NCBI GenBank assembly: GCA_000934665.2
Contig: KZ538782.1
Span: 1 to 47,700, forward strand
Reading direction: 5' to 3'
Origin: Catajapyx aquilonaris
Lineage: Eukaryota
DNA: 47,700 bases
Each line of letters opens with the position of its first letter. Position 1 is the stretch's first letter. This document shows, piece by piece, positions 23,201 to 35,961 of this stretch. The notes beneath the pieces are model-generated. The model saw nothing but the letters and a program-made list of their open reading frames with translations, had not been told where the DNA came from and made no database searches. The position numbers were made by a program, and so were the translations under genes.

Positions 23201-24537
23201 TTTTTCCACTTATCAATGGAGGGTCTTTCTTCGGTGGTTGGCCTTTCACAGTCTAGGAAAACGTACCGTGGTAGAAGGGAAAAATATATATATTTATATA
23301 TAACCGCGGGTTTAAAGGATTATTTAAGTCGTGAGTGATGGTGATAGGGATGCAAAAATCCACAACCCTCGCGAATTTCTGGCCTTGACATTCATGGTTA
23401 ATGTGTTTCCCAGTCATTATTCACCAGCCTCGACGTACGGAAATTCCCTCCAAAATTACAAAAGGTTTAGGAGGGGCGCAAAGTAGAGGGGGAAAAGCCA
23501 GGAACAAGTTAGTCAAGGATGAAAATTCCCAGCGCAGTGTACCCTCGGAACATTGTTAAGAGATCTGGTATAATTATTGCACTTGACAGTTGTTTCGGAT
23601 GCAGCACAGAGACGATCTCGGTATAATCTCGTGCGTGGTAATCTCTTAATTCAGTTGATCTCGTTAAGGTTAACCAAGCTGTCAGAAAGTTTAATTATTG
23701 AAATTGTCACCTGAACAGCACTGCTGCTAAGAGTTGGAACAACTTGCTTAATTGATGTTCTTTAAACTTTCTCAACTGCTGGGCACCCACTCTGCAAAAT
23801 TGTATCAGCACTCGGGCGCTTTTCGATTTGCGAGTCATCTTCCCAGCTTCCAGTGTAAACGCAGCAGCCAACCACATCCCTCGCCATGTATTATATTGCA
23901 GCTAGCGGGGTATATCACTGAGGTTAGGACTCCTAACTAGATGGGTCAACCTTTGCTGTTTTCATTCCCAAACTATGCTGCTGAGTCATCACAGGCACGA
24001 AAGCAGCTTGTCCGCCTAATATAGTATAGTTGAATTCGCCGGACTCTATTCCCACCACCAACTCTTCCCCACCAATGTACCCCCTCCCAGTCAACTCCAT
24101 GAAATGTCAAGCCAGGAAACAAGCGGACACACAACAAATATTTTTTCAATGGATTGTCGCGCAAAATTCCGCCTGGGTCATTTCAGAACTATCAAGCGCA
24201 CTTGCAAACACAACTTGACCACATTTGACATCATCGTGGGGATCCAAAGGGCTCCCAAAATATATAGTAACATGCCACTCCCGTGCGTCAATTCATAATC
24301 AATATTCAGAGAGGGGTGTTATACGCGGTATATGAACTGCAGTACGCCTACACATTCTTTTGACAACCCCATATTTCATCGGCTTTCATCATTCCCCTGG
24401 GCCGTGAAGGCGCCTATAAGAAATCTAGTTCAAAACGATATTCCTGAAGAATTTGCCGGCAAAAAAAAAAAAATCCCAGCTGATAACTGGCCTCGTTTCC
24501 GACACCAAAGTGGCTTGTCACAATGTGAGTAACTTAC

Positions 24538-24737
24538 CAACCACGACGAGGTACAGCTTGGCGTTGCGAGTGGGCGAATTGCGGAAGTCCACGCGGCATC
24601 GGTAGAGACCCTGGTCTTCGGAAAGAACATCCTCCAGTAGCAAAGCCGATGGGTGAGAGATGACCTGGAATCTGGCTCGATTGCCCAGACTGCTGTTTTG
24701 CTTCCGATGTAAACTCGGAGTTTCCCTGGCATCGTAA
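24538..24737 (-). CDS. Sidestep/nephrin-like IgSF gene, internal exon B (C-terminal half of Ig domain 1)
   Basis: Acceptor ttttcag and donor G|gtaagt; 200 nt, phase 2 to 1, in frame with exon A. Translates (S)YDARETPSLHRKQNSSLGNRARFQVISHPSALLLEDVLSEDQGLYRCRVDFRNSPTRNAKLYLVVV, carrying the DxGxYRCRVDFxxSPTRN Sidestep signature. Confidence 0.95.
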
Positions 24738-25555
24738 CTGAAAACAATCCACCCAAAACAAAATAATACAGTTGTACAGTAGCATAACTTTTAGTCTACT
24801 TGAAAGAACCCTAAAAAATTGGGAATGGTAAGGGGGTGAAATACAAGTCCCGACTCCGGGGTCGCTGCCAGTGTGAATTATTCGACGTGCAGCTGTGCCC
24901 TTGCCATTGCTGGGATACTCTTTATTGGTTCTCGTGCCTTATGCGTCTGTAATAGTGAGCTGGCGTTAAAGCCGCATCAAGATCCAACCGTAACCTCAAG
25001 GAAGAGGACATCCTGTGGCCATCAATATGCAGCGAATTTCGAAGGGTGCATTGGCCCACACAGCTGTCACTTGGTGCTTATCAGCGCTGAGAAACTATTT
25101 GCTTCCATTTTTTTGGGAAAATTGATAGGATGTCAGGCTTCTGAAATATATTGTAACAGTTTTAGAGAGAAATATTATTGGGAATTATCAATTTATAAGA
25201 TTAGCAGTTAGTGACTACCAACAAAGGCAATGACCATGACACCCATGTACTCTACACCCATCTCTAAAGAGACACTAGGGAATGTCGGGACAATATTCCA
25301 GTTTTAGGTCAATTCTGTGGTTTGGCACTTGTATAAGATTTGTTTTGAATTATTTCTAGTGGCAATACTTCTTTGCCTGCCAGAACTTGTCCTATGTTGG
25401 GGAAGTAGCTCTGCGAGTTGAATGGGTTCTATCCCAGCAAGCATCGCATCGTGTAGAATCTTCGTCAGTTAGAATAACCACCAGGGGAAACTCACGAAAC
25501 GGCAGCGGCAGTATGAAAACATTGCATTTGCACCATGAACCTCTGCCGTGCAGAG

Positions 25556-25696
25556 CAAGAAGACCGGCACTCAAAAACTAGTAAGGGTGAAAGTCGCATG
25601 CATGCCCTGCACTAATCCCCCGTGACTCAGAGGGAATTAGTGCAGGGCATGCATGCGACTTTCACCCTTACTAATTTTTGAGTGACGGTCTTCTTG
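25556..25696. repeat. Near-perfect palindrome, about 65-bp arms
   Basis: caagaagaccggcactcaaaaactagtaagggtgaaagtcgcatgcatgccctgcactaat is mirrored downstream with few mismatches. Confidence 0.9.
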
Positions 25697-26220
25697 TTCC
25701 CAGGACCTCCCCTCTAAGCAGCCACTCTTCTCTGTCCATGGGGCTGGGCATTTCATCTAACTGTAAGATCCGTACAGTACCATTGACGGAATAGTAAAGG
25801 TCCGTGAGGTCTGCACTACCCAAAACAAACACTATCTTTGATCTATATGCACTGGGCCGCAAGAACAATGGGAATCAAGAATTCACCATGCTGGCATTAA
25901 ATGACAAGATCATGATGGTGGCATATTTTAAAAAATACACTGTAGTAAAATGAAGTGAGTCATACAAGATAGTGCAAAAGATTGGGTATAGGCTGGTGTA
26001 GGAAACAACTCACATTCGTGAGACTCCCATATGACTTTGACTAATTATTGGTAATGGATGACATTCGCTGTCATTCCTAGCAGACCCTACTTCTTCTTTA
26101 TTAGATAACTCCTAAATTAAAAAGTTAAATGACAAGGGAAGAGTGATGCTGTTACATGCACTCCAAAAAGTCCCTTATGCAGCCGCACATTAATAGGAGA
26201 CAATAATATTTAATAATAAT

Positions 26221-26561
26221 GGGGAGGTGTGGTGGCCGAGATGGTAACGTCTCGGCTTGCTGAGTGAAAGGCCCCAGATTCGATCCCCGCCTGGGGAACT
26301 TTCCTTTCACCTGCGTCAGGAGGGTCTCTGACCTGCACCAAGGAGGTGTCTGGCAACCTAACCTCCTGGGGGACAGCACATGACCCCTTTGCAGACCTTA
26401 CACTTGCACCCAATGTTCCCTCCTCAAAAATCCCTCTCCTTACCCATGTCCCTGTCTCCTTGCACCGGTGAGCAAAGAAAAAATAGTAGGCTACACAGTT
26501 ACTAGAAAACTGATGGTGGTGTGCCACCCGCTGAAAAGGCTCCGCCTTATCACGGGGTAGC

Positions 26562-26604
<43 letters not shown>
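26221..26604 (+). mobile_element. tRNA-derived SINE, family B, copy 1
   Basis: A box TGGCCGAGATGG, B-box-like GATTCGATCC and a (TAAA)n tail. Colinear with the copies at 31259 and 41090. Confidence 0.88.
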
Positions 26605-26605
<1 letters not shown>

Positions 26606-27015
26606 GAATATTTAACATTAATAGCCATTCGTGTGGTCCGTGCTGTAATAACATACTGGTTCATAACTTCAGTGCTTTGAGAGGAATCGAATAGTCTTAT
26701 AATCCATCCCATCGATACATATCTACTGTATGATCCATCTTCGTACCAAGCGTTTGAATTCACCGCGATATCGTGAGCCTTCTTGAGCTGTCTACGTATT
26801 TTGGACGCAGCCGCTTGCCCTTTATTTCCTCCCGTGCCCGTCTCGTTGCGCTGGCTGTGCATGGCCAGTGCAGGGTAGTGTACATTTTGTACAATGTTTT
26901 TTTTTTTCTCCTTCAAACAAGCCAGAAGCACCCATCTTGCAAACTGGCCAAAAGTCACTCCAACAAAGCATATTTTCTCTCAGTTTTCCCCCTATATTAC
27001 ATTATTTCACAAGTA

Positions 27016-27017
<2 letters not shown>

Positions 27018-27072
<55 letters not shown>
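27018..27072. repeat. (TTA)n microsatellite
   Basis: Direct reading. Confidence 0.97.
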
Positions 27073-28955
27073 CACAAAATGAAGAGTCACATTATTCATA
27101 ATGCCCATACATAATTATTTTCCTTCAAATCATACCTGAGCTAGACTGTACGTATTCGCGCAGGTAGGTGTAAAACCGGGGTAAGCAAAGTGCTCTTATA
27201 GAAGGTGTGACGTGGGAATGCGCGTGTATTAATAAAGGCTAGTGCGGAAGTGGTTTATAAAGGATAAAGGCAAGTGTGGAAAAGGCAGCAGAAGCAGCAG
27301 GGAAGGAGGGGTCCAGAATCCCCTTAGGTCTGTTACACAACTGCAAGGATAGTCCCATGTAGTGTACTTGGTGGCGTTGGATAACCCAATTTGGGAGTAC
27401 GAGAATCCCCGGGAGTCGCTTCTATAAACTCCAGGTCCGCGGGTAGCCTAAGCACGACTTGCAACATGCAGTTCCCCACCTGCCTCCGCAGATGAGAGTT
27501 GCATCTACAGTATCAATGGCTGGCTGATGGGACCATGGGTGACCAACACGTGTTGGGTGGTCAAGGTGCATGGGTCGTTCCTTATGCAAGTGTCGGCTGG
27601 ATAACCACCTCGCAATTCCCACATCCAATATTGACTTTGGGAGAGTGGCAATGGCCAGCAATGACGGAAGCACCACTGAGTTTGCTAATTTACCCAGATT
27701 CATGGCGGTCCATTTTTTCCCAAGCCGATATTTTTTCATGGGTGCTGGGGTGGGATGGGTTTAGTAGAATACTTTGGGTTCACCAAATGGGAAGGATGAG
27801 CCACTTGGACTTGAGTCAACCTGCCTGCGGGAATTAGCGCTAATGCGAGGAACTCGTACCCTCCCTCGGTTTGCAAAGGACTAATAGAGCCGCTAATAAT
27901 TTAGTTGGTTCATGGAATGGGTTGTGAGAAAAGCGACAGACTTCCTCTTTCGGTCTCCGGAATGGTTCTGGCGCGGTGTCGTTATCACACAGGAAATTTT
28001 CACAGGGTTCCTTACACGCTCCACAGATGGCATTTGCACATTCGCCAAGTAACCAGCTATGCTACACTACAGAGATCGATCCTGCCCAAAAGAGCTTCGG
28101 AACATACCCAGCCCATTCTTTTCCTTTACTAATTGCGATTATACTTAGGCTGACATTCTATTTCCGAGCAGAGAAAATATCAAGTGCCAGTAGTGTACTG
28201 TATCCATAGTAAATTACCGATACCAATCAATTATATCCATGCCAATATTAGTACCAGCGCTCAAGAATAATTATAACCCATAGTTACGAAACTATAGGGG
28301 ACTTGGCTATTGAATGAGGAATGCACGTCTTTAAATAACATGCTAAAGAGTGACTTTCGACAGAAAAAAAAACTGATTAGCTTTACTAAGAAGGCAACAA
28401 TACACATTTACTCTTATTTTATCATTGCGAAATATGGGAAACATGTCGTACTGGGCGTTACAATGAATCAATAAATATTCTCTGGGTAATCACCCTAATC
28501 ATCAGTGCCATTTGGAACTTTGAAACCTCATACTTCTTATAATATTATCCTCTTCCTATTACATTAATGGAGTATAAAACCTATTGGAAACTTGCTCATT
28601 ACGAATCTTTTGTTTGGTCCCCATCTGAAATCTACAGTATACCGGTATATACGTTAGTCGCAAACCTCAAAAACGGCCACAGACCGAAAACACGACCATT
28701 TCGCGGAATGATCTCTTCAAAACGGACAGGTCGCGAAATTCACCCTTTGAAACCACCCATTTCACGAAATCCTTATTTTTAAACTGGCAAATCACGAAAA
28801 AAAATCGTGTCCGTTGAGTACAGGTTTCCTGTATAATATATTTGTCATTAGATTCACCTTCAACCAAAGTAGCATGGATAGGATGCTAGTACGTATAACA
28901 TATCATAATATACGAGTAATATGCTTGGATTGCACGTATGTGGACTTTGCCAATA

Positions 28956-28958
<3 letters not shown>

Positions 28959-29010
<52 letters not shown>
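28959..29010. repeat. (GA)26 microsatellite
   Basis: Direct reading. Confidence 0.97.
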
Positions 29011-29013
<3 letters not shown>

Positions 29014-31258
29014 TGTGTGTAACAAATGAAACTCATGATGCAGGGTAATTTAATAACAGCAGTCAGTCATTGTTTCGTAGAATTCGTTTGAGATGAAAGA
29101 TGATGAGACAGAGTTGGGCCAAATATACCCGGCTTGATTTTTTGCCAGAAATGGAGCTTGGAAAAGACCAAACGAAAGGTAAGAAGCTCTTTTCTGTATG
29201 AGAAGCAGGTGTAAAAGCAAGCTAATGGCTTACTTCCTGGATTGAAGGCGAAAAGAAAAGTTTTGAATGCCGGCCAAGCGGCAAAGCTCTTGTCCCGAAT
29301 TTTTTATGGCTGAAAACTTTTTTCGTTGTGTAAATGAAACAAACGGCTTTATTGCATCTAACTTGAGCCAAAACGCACAACACAGTTGACACTTCTAGAT
29401 TTTCTGTTTTAGGAAAAGTTCTGCACGGTATGACTGGGATGACTGCATGGTTATAGGAAAGCCATTACATTTTTCGAATTAATCTCGGTTTGAAAAATGT
29501 AACCTAATTTTAGACGGAAGAAAGGGTTTTCTGCCAAAAGGACAAGTACTGTACTGATTTATCTAGCATGAAGCCAAATATTGGCTCTCAGTAGGGCTCG
29601 ATAAATAACTTTGCATGTGGTCTGCGCAAAGGCCTATATATACTACCGTAGCCCTTATGAAAGAAGTGGTTCGTATATTTAGCAAGCCACATTTATTTTT
29701 GCTCCAAATACTATGAAGCTTGGCTAGTCTGTTAAATTTTAGGTTAAAAATACATGTGGTTTGTTGCGCAATATTTTGTGGCATCATAGCACAAATTCAC
29801 AGAGTCGGTATACTGCCTGCAAATGTGTCCCAGACAAAACATAGTCTACATACATACTGTACAGTACCTTACGCTTCCGTTCAGTTATTTTTGGCGGCGA
29901 TTTAGTACAAGAACACAAAAATAATTTCTATTAAGTACTTGTAATTGAATTAGGGTCTACTAAAGAAAAGGAACGTCAGAAAATTGACCAAAAAATGAAA
30001 ACGAAATAAACGTGCTGAATACATTCTTCTCATGATGTCACATACGTAGATGACGTGTTCGTCTCATTTTCAACTAAAGTGCAGATCTGTGTGAGGGAAT
30101 GAAAGTCAACTGCTCTACAGAGGAATTGTCAATACCAGTTGGCAAAGGGCCATTGGGTCAGTTTCCCATAATTGAAATCTCTCTACCCCATCAAAGCACG
30201 GTTTATAAATGGGAATTTTGCCGCCATTTGAAGTTCTGTCAATGCTGTGGACAGTCTGAATCTGACTTTGTCTGCAAAAATCAGTTCACAATATTAGCCT
30301 ACACTTAACGGGGAAAAACAGCCTACTGCTGATGGCTGTGAATGAAGTATATCGGTTCCGTGTACAGGATATTGCCATATTGCTGTGGTTATTGCTACAG
30401 CTAATTGATGTGCTGTCCCATCAGACAACACCTATCACACCTAATTAAATAGGTTCTGAAATCGTTCCTAGCATTGAATATGTAAGGGCGGAGTGATGGA
30501 TTGATGGATGGTCTGATTAGCAATTCCCCTCCCATTTCCTCAGCCAACGCTTATTTCCCAATGGTGCTCACGGATTGACGAGATTTTGATAAATTACCAA
30601 AGGGATTATAAATTTATATTAAAAATCCCCAAGTCCGAAACAGTTGGGTAAAATTTCAAGAGCAGGCCCTTTGCCGCTCGCAGCACTTCTCTCAACCGCA
30701 TTGGAGCTTTCTCCATCTCGCGCTTCGGAGAATCACGACCAAGTATTTCCTCCAGGAACTCCTAATATAGACTTTCATTCTCGCTCCAACAGATGGCTAC
30801 CTTATCCACATGGCAACAGTATCACATTTCAAGAATACGGGCACTCACACGCACAGTCACCTACACACGTATACGCATGTCCTCGCTCTGTTTTATTATT
30901 TCACAAGGTCATCAGGCCTTACCGTGGCAGACATAATTATACTGATATAATTTATTATACTGCAGATATTTATGATACCCGCACTCTTACAAGCTACATA
31001 TAAACACTAGATTAGGGACTGTAGCTGGAAAATGATATAAATATATTTAAATGAAGGCAATGATAATAATCAACCAGGTAAAGTAATGATTCGCTCATGG
31101 ACGATCCATTTATAAATATGCTTACAATGGGACAATGAACGTGGCTTAGGCAATGGGTTTAGGAGTAAAAAAAAAGTAAACAAAGGCACATGTTAGCCGA
31201 TCTAAAGTGGAGCTAGTGGTTTAAAATAATTATCGACCGCAAAATAATGGGAAAAAGA

Positions 31259-31610
31259 GGGAGGCGTGGTGGCCGAGTTGGTAACGACTCGGCTTGCTGA
31301 GCGGAAGGTCCCGGGTTCGATCCCCACCCAGAACCTCTATATCGCCTAGGTCAGTAGGGTCTCTGACCCGTGCCTTGGAGGCGTCTGGCAACCTTAACCT
31401 ACAGGGAGACTGCACATGACCCTGTTTCCCACATTGCAGTTGCACTCGTGCCTCCTCCCCAGAAATCCCCATCCCTACCCCATATCCTTTCTTCCCTTCA
31501 CGGAGTTCGAAGAAAATATACAGAAAATTGATTGAAAAATAGTGGTGTTCCACGGCCCTAAAAGAGCGTTGTCCTCTCTCAACGGGGTAAAGAAGTGCAA
31601 AAATAGTAAT
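31259..31610 (+). mobile_element. tRNA-derived SINE, family B, copy 2
   Basis: TGGCCGAGTTGG and GGTTCGATCC boxes. Shares agggtctctgacc, gtctggcaacct, gcacatgaccc and acggggta with copy 1. Confidence 0.88.
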
Positions 31611-31746
31611 AGGTTAATATTCAGTAACCTGAATAGTTACGAGTGACACATTCCACCAGCTGAACCATTTTAAATTACTGGGTAAGCTACGATTTCTTCT
31701 CACCTGCATTTTAACACCTTGTAACAATCCACTATTGAGCAATATC

Positions 31747-31792
31747 TCTACCATATGCAATAGTATAGCACTATACTATTGCATATGGTAGA
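31747..31792. repeat. Perfect hairpin, 22-bp arms and 2-nt loop
   Basis: tctaccatatgcaatagtatag-ca-ctatactattgcatatggtaga. Confidence 0.92.
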
Positions 31793-31820
31793 TATTCAGT
31801 ATTATCAAATGTTTGCTCAC

Positions 31821-31953
31821 CTGTAAATGGGTGTGCCTCCTCCATCCTTGAACCACATGACCATAATGGCGACATCGTTGGAATGTGTAGCTTGAGTGTC
31901 ACAGGGAAGCCTCACTTCACCACCTTCTAGGACAGCCAACCTTGTAAAAACAA
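31821..31953 (-). CDS. Sidestep/nephrin-like IgSF gene, internal exon A (N-terminal half of Ig domain 1)
   Basis: Acceptor cttctcttttcag and donor AG|gtgag; 133 nt, phase 1 to 2. Translates xVFTRLAVLEGGEVRLPCDTQATHSNDVAIMVMWFKDGGGTPIY(S), with the Ig B-strand LPCD, the C-strand W and the PIYS motif typical of Sidestep proteins. Not in the ORF track. Confidence 0.93.
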
Positions 31954-31990
31954 CTGAAAAGAGAAGGGTGGGAATCATTACTCTTAATTA

Positions 31991-33315
31991 CACAGCACAA
32001 CAACAAAAAAACATTTCGGCGTGTTACTCGGAAACCACTATGTGGATCATGTTAGTAGGACCCAAAGTAGCTGGGAAAGGCCCGGGATTTCTCTCCCAAA
32101 ATGTGCAGGGGGTCAGGGTGACCAAAAATCCGAAAAATTCCAAATATTGACGTTTTTTTGCCTATTTCAAGGTCTGGCAATCAACCACTGTAAGTTTCGG
32201 ATTTTGTTTTTGCTGGCATTAGGTGTTACCTGGGTCTAGTCTGAAGCCACTATGGTGTTTCAAGTCAATCTTTTATAGAAACCGTAGGTTTTCCAGGGTC
32301 CTTTTTATAGAAAAAAATTCCGTTTTTTGGTACTTTTTCGTCAATTTTTGCGGAACAGTGTAAGGGCTTTTCTTTAAAAAAAAAGTGTAGCGTAATGGGC
32401 TCTTTAGAGACCCTACGATCAAGGAATAATAGTAGAACTTTCCTATGCAACCCTAGTACGCGTGTGCAAAAGCCTAATCTTGGGTAAAATCGTGTTTTTT
32501 CGCATTTTTGGTGATTCGACTTTTTTCAACATTTAAAACCAAATATTCCTCGGCTTTAAAATATATGAATTCTTCTTAGTCTAACAAACTGTCAGGGACC
32601 CCCATAGTATGGAAAAGGACTACGATTTTTATAAGCAACACATGTACGCGTACGCGTACAAAAAAAAATTCACGCGTACTGTACATGGGTTGCTTATGGA
32701 AATCGTAGTCTTTTTCCATACTATGGGGGTCCCTGACAGTTTGTTAGACTAAGAAGAATTCATTTATTTTAAAGCCGAGGAATATTTGGTTTTAAATGTT
32801 GAAAAAAGTGAAATCACCAAAAATGCGAAAAAACGCGATTTTACCCAAGATTAGGCTTTTGCACACGCGTACTAGGGTTGCATAGGAAAGTTCTACTATT
32901 ATTCCTTGATTGTAGGGTCTCTAAAGAGCCCATTACGCTACACTTTTTTTTAAAAAAAAGCCCTTACACTGTTCCCCAAAAATGGACGAAAAAGTACCAA
33001 AAAACGGAATTTTTTCCATAAAAAGGACCCTGGAAAACCTACGGTTTCTATAAAAGATTGACTTGAAACACCATAGTGGCTTCAGACTAGACCCAGGTAA
33101 CACCTAATTCCAGCAAAAACAACATCCGAAACTTACAGTGGTTGCCAGACCTTGAAATAGGCAAAACACGTCAATATTTGAAATTTTTCGGATTTTTGGT
33201 CACCCTGACCCCCTGCACATTTTGGGAGAGAAACCCCGGGCCTTTCCCAGCTACTTTGGGTCCTACTAACATGATCCACATAGTAGTTTCGCCGATTTCT
33301 TTTTGTTGCGCTGTG
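31991..33315. mobile_element. Chapaev3-like (CMC) foldback element, 1325 bp
   Basis: CACAG...CTGTG termini, TTA TSD (31988-31990, 33316-33318) and near-perfect arms of about 650 bp centred near 32665. CAC ends with a TWA TSD characterise Chapaev3. Confidence 0.88.
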
Positions 33316-33496
33316 TTATTAGTATTTTAGTATTAGGTGCATTTTTTTCAAGAAAATATTTCAAATTCCTAGCTATAAAGCAATGATGGTCAGAATGTAA
33401 CTCAACAAATAGTGCTGGACCAGAGACTAATAATAATTCATGGAAAAATCTTAAAAATTCATGCCATTCGTGGACTATGAACAATGCCTCACTTAA

Positions 33497-33652
33497 CCCT
33501 GTAATGACCCTTGGGTCATATCTGGCACACCGTTTAGTGCAATTTGGCACACTTACAGAATATATAAAAATTGCAAAAGTTGCAAAAATTGCACTAAATG
33601 GTGTGCCAGATATGACCCAGTGGGCATTACTTAGATTAGTGGCATTACAGGG
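33497..33652. mobile_element. piggyBac-type MITE (156 bp)
   Basis: TTAA-CCCTGTAATG...CATTACAGGG-TTAA with subterminal inverted repeats tgggtcatatctggcacacc. Confidence 0.88.
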
Positions 33653-34653
33653 TTAATTATGACCAAAATGTACCTCTGACCGTTCTGAAGTTCATATTTC
33701 CACATGCGATAACATTATTGATTTAAATTGCTCCATCCAGATGAGGCTGAAAAGGCCATAGCTGTATTATGTATCTATATTCTAATTTGAAAATAATATA
33801 CTGTATAACTTACATAAATATGTGTAACATCTTTGTATTAAACAGCTTGACTTAAATAGCTTGCTTTGAAAAAATATTGTCATAATCGCTAAAAAATTAC
33901 TCAGGCATCTGAAACACCAATCACTTCTTTCTCCCGCACTGAACATCACGCTGGCCAGAACGGTATCACAGTTGATTAAGGAGAGTTTGGGAGGGTCCAA
34001 GTGAGGGTGGTGTCAAATAGTATTTGAGCATCGTTTTCATATAATCTCCTTTCCAACTAGTCATTTTTCCACTACTACAATAATTTACAACATTTCAATG
34101 ACTGAATATATATAAAACGTAGGGTGGAATTTTGTCCTAGATAGCTCATTAACAAGCCTGAGAAAACTCATAATGGCAGGAAGTGACTAAAGGCAGGTTT
34201 GTACTTTGTACACAAAGTCCACTTCCGTCCACTTCTCTCCAAGCCGGCCGGAGCATTACTTGGGCACAGAAATGGCGATTGTAAACTGTACTTTGAATCT
34301 GCTATCAAAGCAACTTGAAGTGGGATGGGAGCCAGACGATAGCCCGGGATAATCCAACCAGCTACTGCTATCCAAGTGGAAAGCTGTTTAGCCTGGCTGC
34401 CATGGACTGCTGTGTAACTGCTTTGCCCCCCAATCAGGTTAATCCATTCTACAGAGAGTTTATAAATGATAATGTGATAGGAATGCGCTAGTAAGTTACT
34501 TTATTAATGATATGTTAGAATAATATTGTACAATACTTTCAGATTGGATCAAAAAATTATTGTGCCCTTGTAGGCTGTGTTAGATATTACTTGCAACTAA
34601 ATAATTCCGCCCCCCCCCCTCCCGCCCAGTTCGCGTGTGCTTACCTGCTCTAA

Positions 34654-34804
34654 AGGCCATTTCGCAAAAAAATGTCGCGCTGCAAACGGCGCGCGTTGCG
34701 GCATATTTCTTATTTATATTTATTATTGCCAATAATTAATAACAATTGGCGGGGCAGGCGTTTGCCGCTTGTCGCTGCCGCAAAATCTTTTTGTGAAATG
34801 GCCT
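34654..34804. mobile_element. PIF/Harbinger (Tourist-like) MITE (151 bp)
   Basis: TAA TSD and TIR AGGCCATTTC(G/A)CAAAAA. Confidence 0.82.
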
Positions 34805-35961
34805 TAACAAGTTACATATTGGCGGGAATAAACTGTGGGAGTATAATTCTTCCGACTTTGACACCACCTGAATTTCGCCACTTGCCTTGGGTGTCACTTT
34901 GAGTAAACAGGAGCAGCCGCAAGAGTTTCCGCCCAATCAAAGCAAACCTAACGATATTCTGTTTATATTTCCATACGTGTGGAGTTTATTTTAAGGCTGC
35001 ATATCTGCGACTTGTATATTTCCTAATTTTTTGCCCTTTGGGGAGCGGTTTACTCGATGATTAATCCGTGTCACTTCACAAATTAACAGTCGTACACAGC
35101 CCGTCTCGAGATGTTGAATATGGCTCGCAATGTTTACAAGTTATATCTTTTTTTGATGGTGTCAACGACAACTGCTAACAAAGAAGGAAAGAAAAGGACT
35201 GGTAGGCGTGTCAGAAACATCCCAAAGGAAGATAGCAGTCTTCCGGTTCTAATTATTAGTGAATACTGATCACGCAAAATGGGCCAAATTTTAGGACATG
35301 TCGTTGTCCGACAAGTGAGCAGCAGGAGGGTGGGGAGTGGGGGAAGGGAGTAGAAGACAGCAATAATGGCAATGAAAAGCGAAGGGGAACCTAATGAAAT
35401 GAGAAAATGCCAAGCTGCACGCTCCCCCACTCCCTTCCTTCCAGGGCTTTCCTGTTCCTTTTATTTCTTCACAGCAGTTCAAATGAGACGTTTTCTCTAC
35501 TCCTAATCCCGCCAGCCGATTAGCCGGATGGCAATTTCCCCACTTTCTCATATGGATTTTTGTCAAAACATCTGCAGGGGGCAGGGTGGTCCAACAAGAA
35601 AATAGGACTACTGCTTTTTCTGGCAACGAAGTTACATAATTGCGACCTTATGTGTACCCTTTCCAAACTCGTCAATTTATTATGTCTAATCACGTTTGAG
35701 AAGTTGTTTTACGCCACTTCTTGGTCATAACCACACCGGTGACAATACTAAATATGATACATTATCAGGGGAAAGTGGTACTCATAACTAGGTACCAAAT
35801 AAATCACGACATCATTAAGTCTCAAATAATCTTGCAGTCTAATTGCCAAAGAAGTTCAGCATACACCGCTACATGTTGGTACTTGACTTGCAAAAACTCT
35901 GCAATGCATTGGTCCTTAATGTAATTGACTAACCTACTAGCCTACCTTTAGGAAACGAATA

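Noticed and set aside
24430..24785. Listed ORFs of 108 and 83 aa overlapping exon B
   Set aside because: Wrong frames; the Ig sequence is in the third minus-strand frame.
26773..27114. Poly-Tyr/poly-Leu ORFs (also poly-Asn at 40511 and ER repeats at 18328 and 28814)
   Set aside because: Translations of microsatellites.
31259..31330. Genuine tRNA genes (also 13526, 15960 and 26221)
   Set aside because: No complete acceptor stem, and each continues into a SINE body and simple-repeat tail.
1747..31820. Dscam-style duplicated alternative Ig exons in the introns
   Set aside because: No second copies of the LPCD, YRCRVDF or VGPY motifs found by eye; a tBLASTn would be needed to exclude very diverged copies.
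34636..34653. CAG|GTAAGC as a recursive site or upstream exon donor
   Set aside because: No native pyrimidine tract, it abuts a Harbinger MITE, and no plausible coding exon lies upstream.
35134..35430. Hydrophobic minus-strand ORF (MFLTRLPVLFFPSLLAVVVDT) as the signal-peptide exon
   Set aside because: The only nearby donor (TT|GTAAAC) is weak and phase 2, whereas exon A needs phase 1. The hydrophobicity is explained by pyrimidine-rich sequence.
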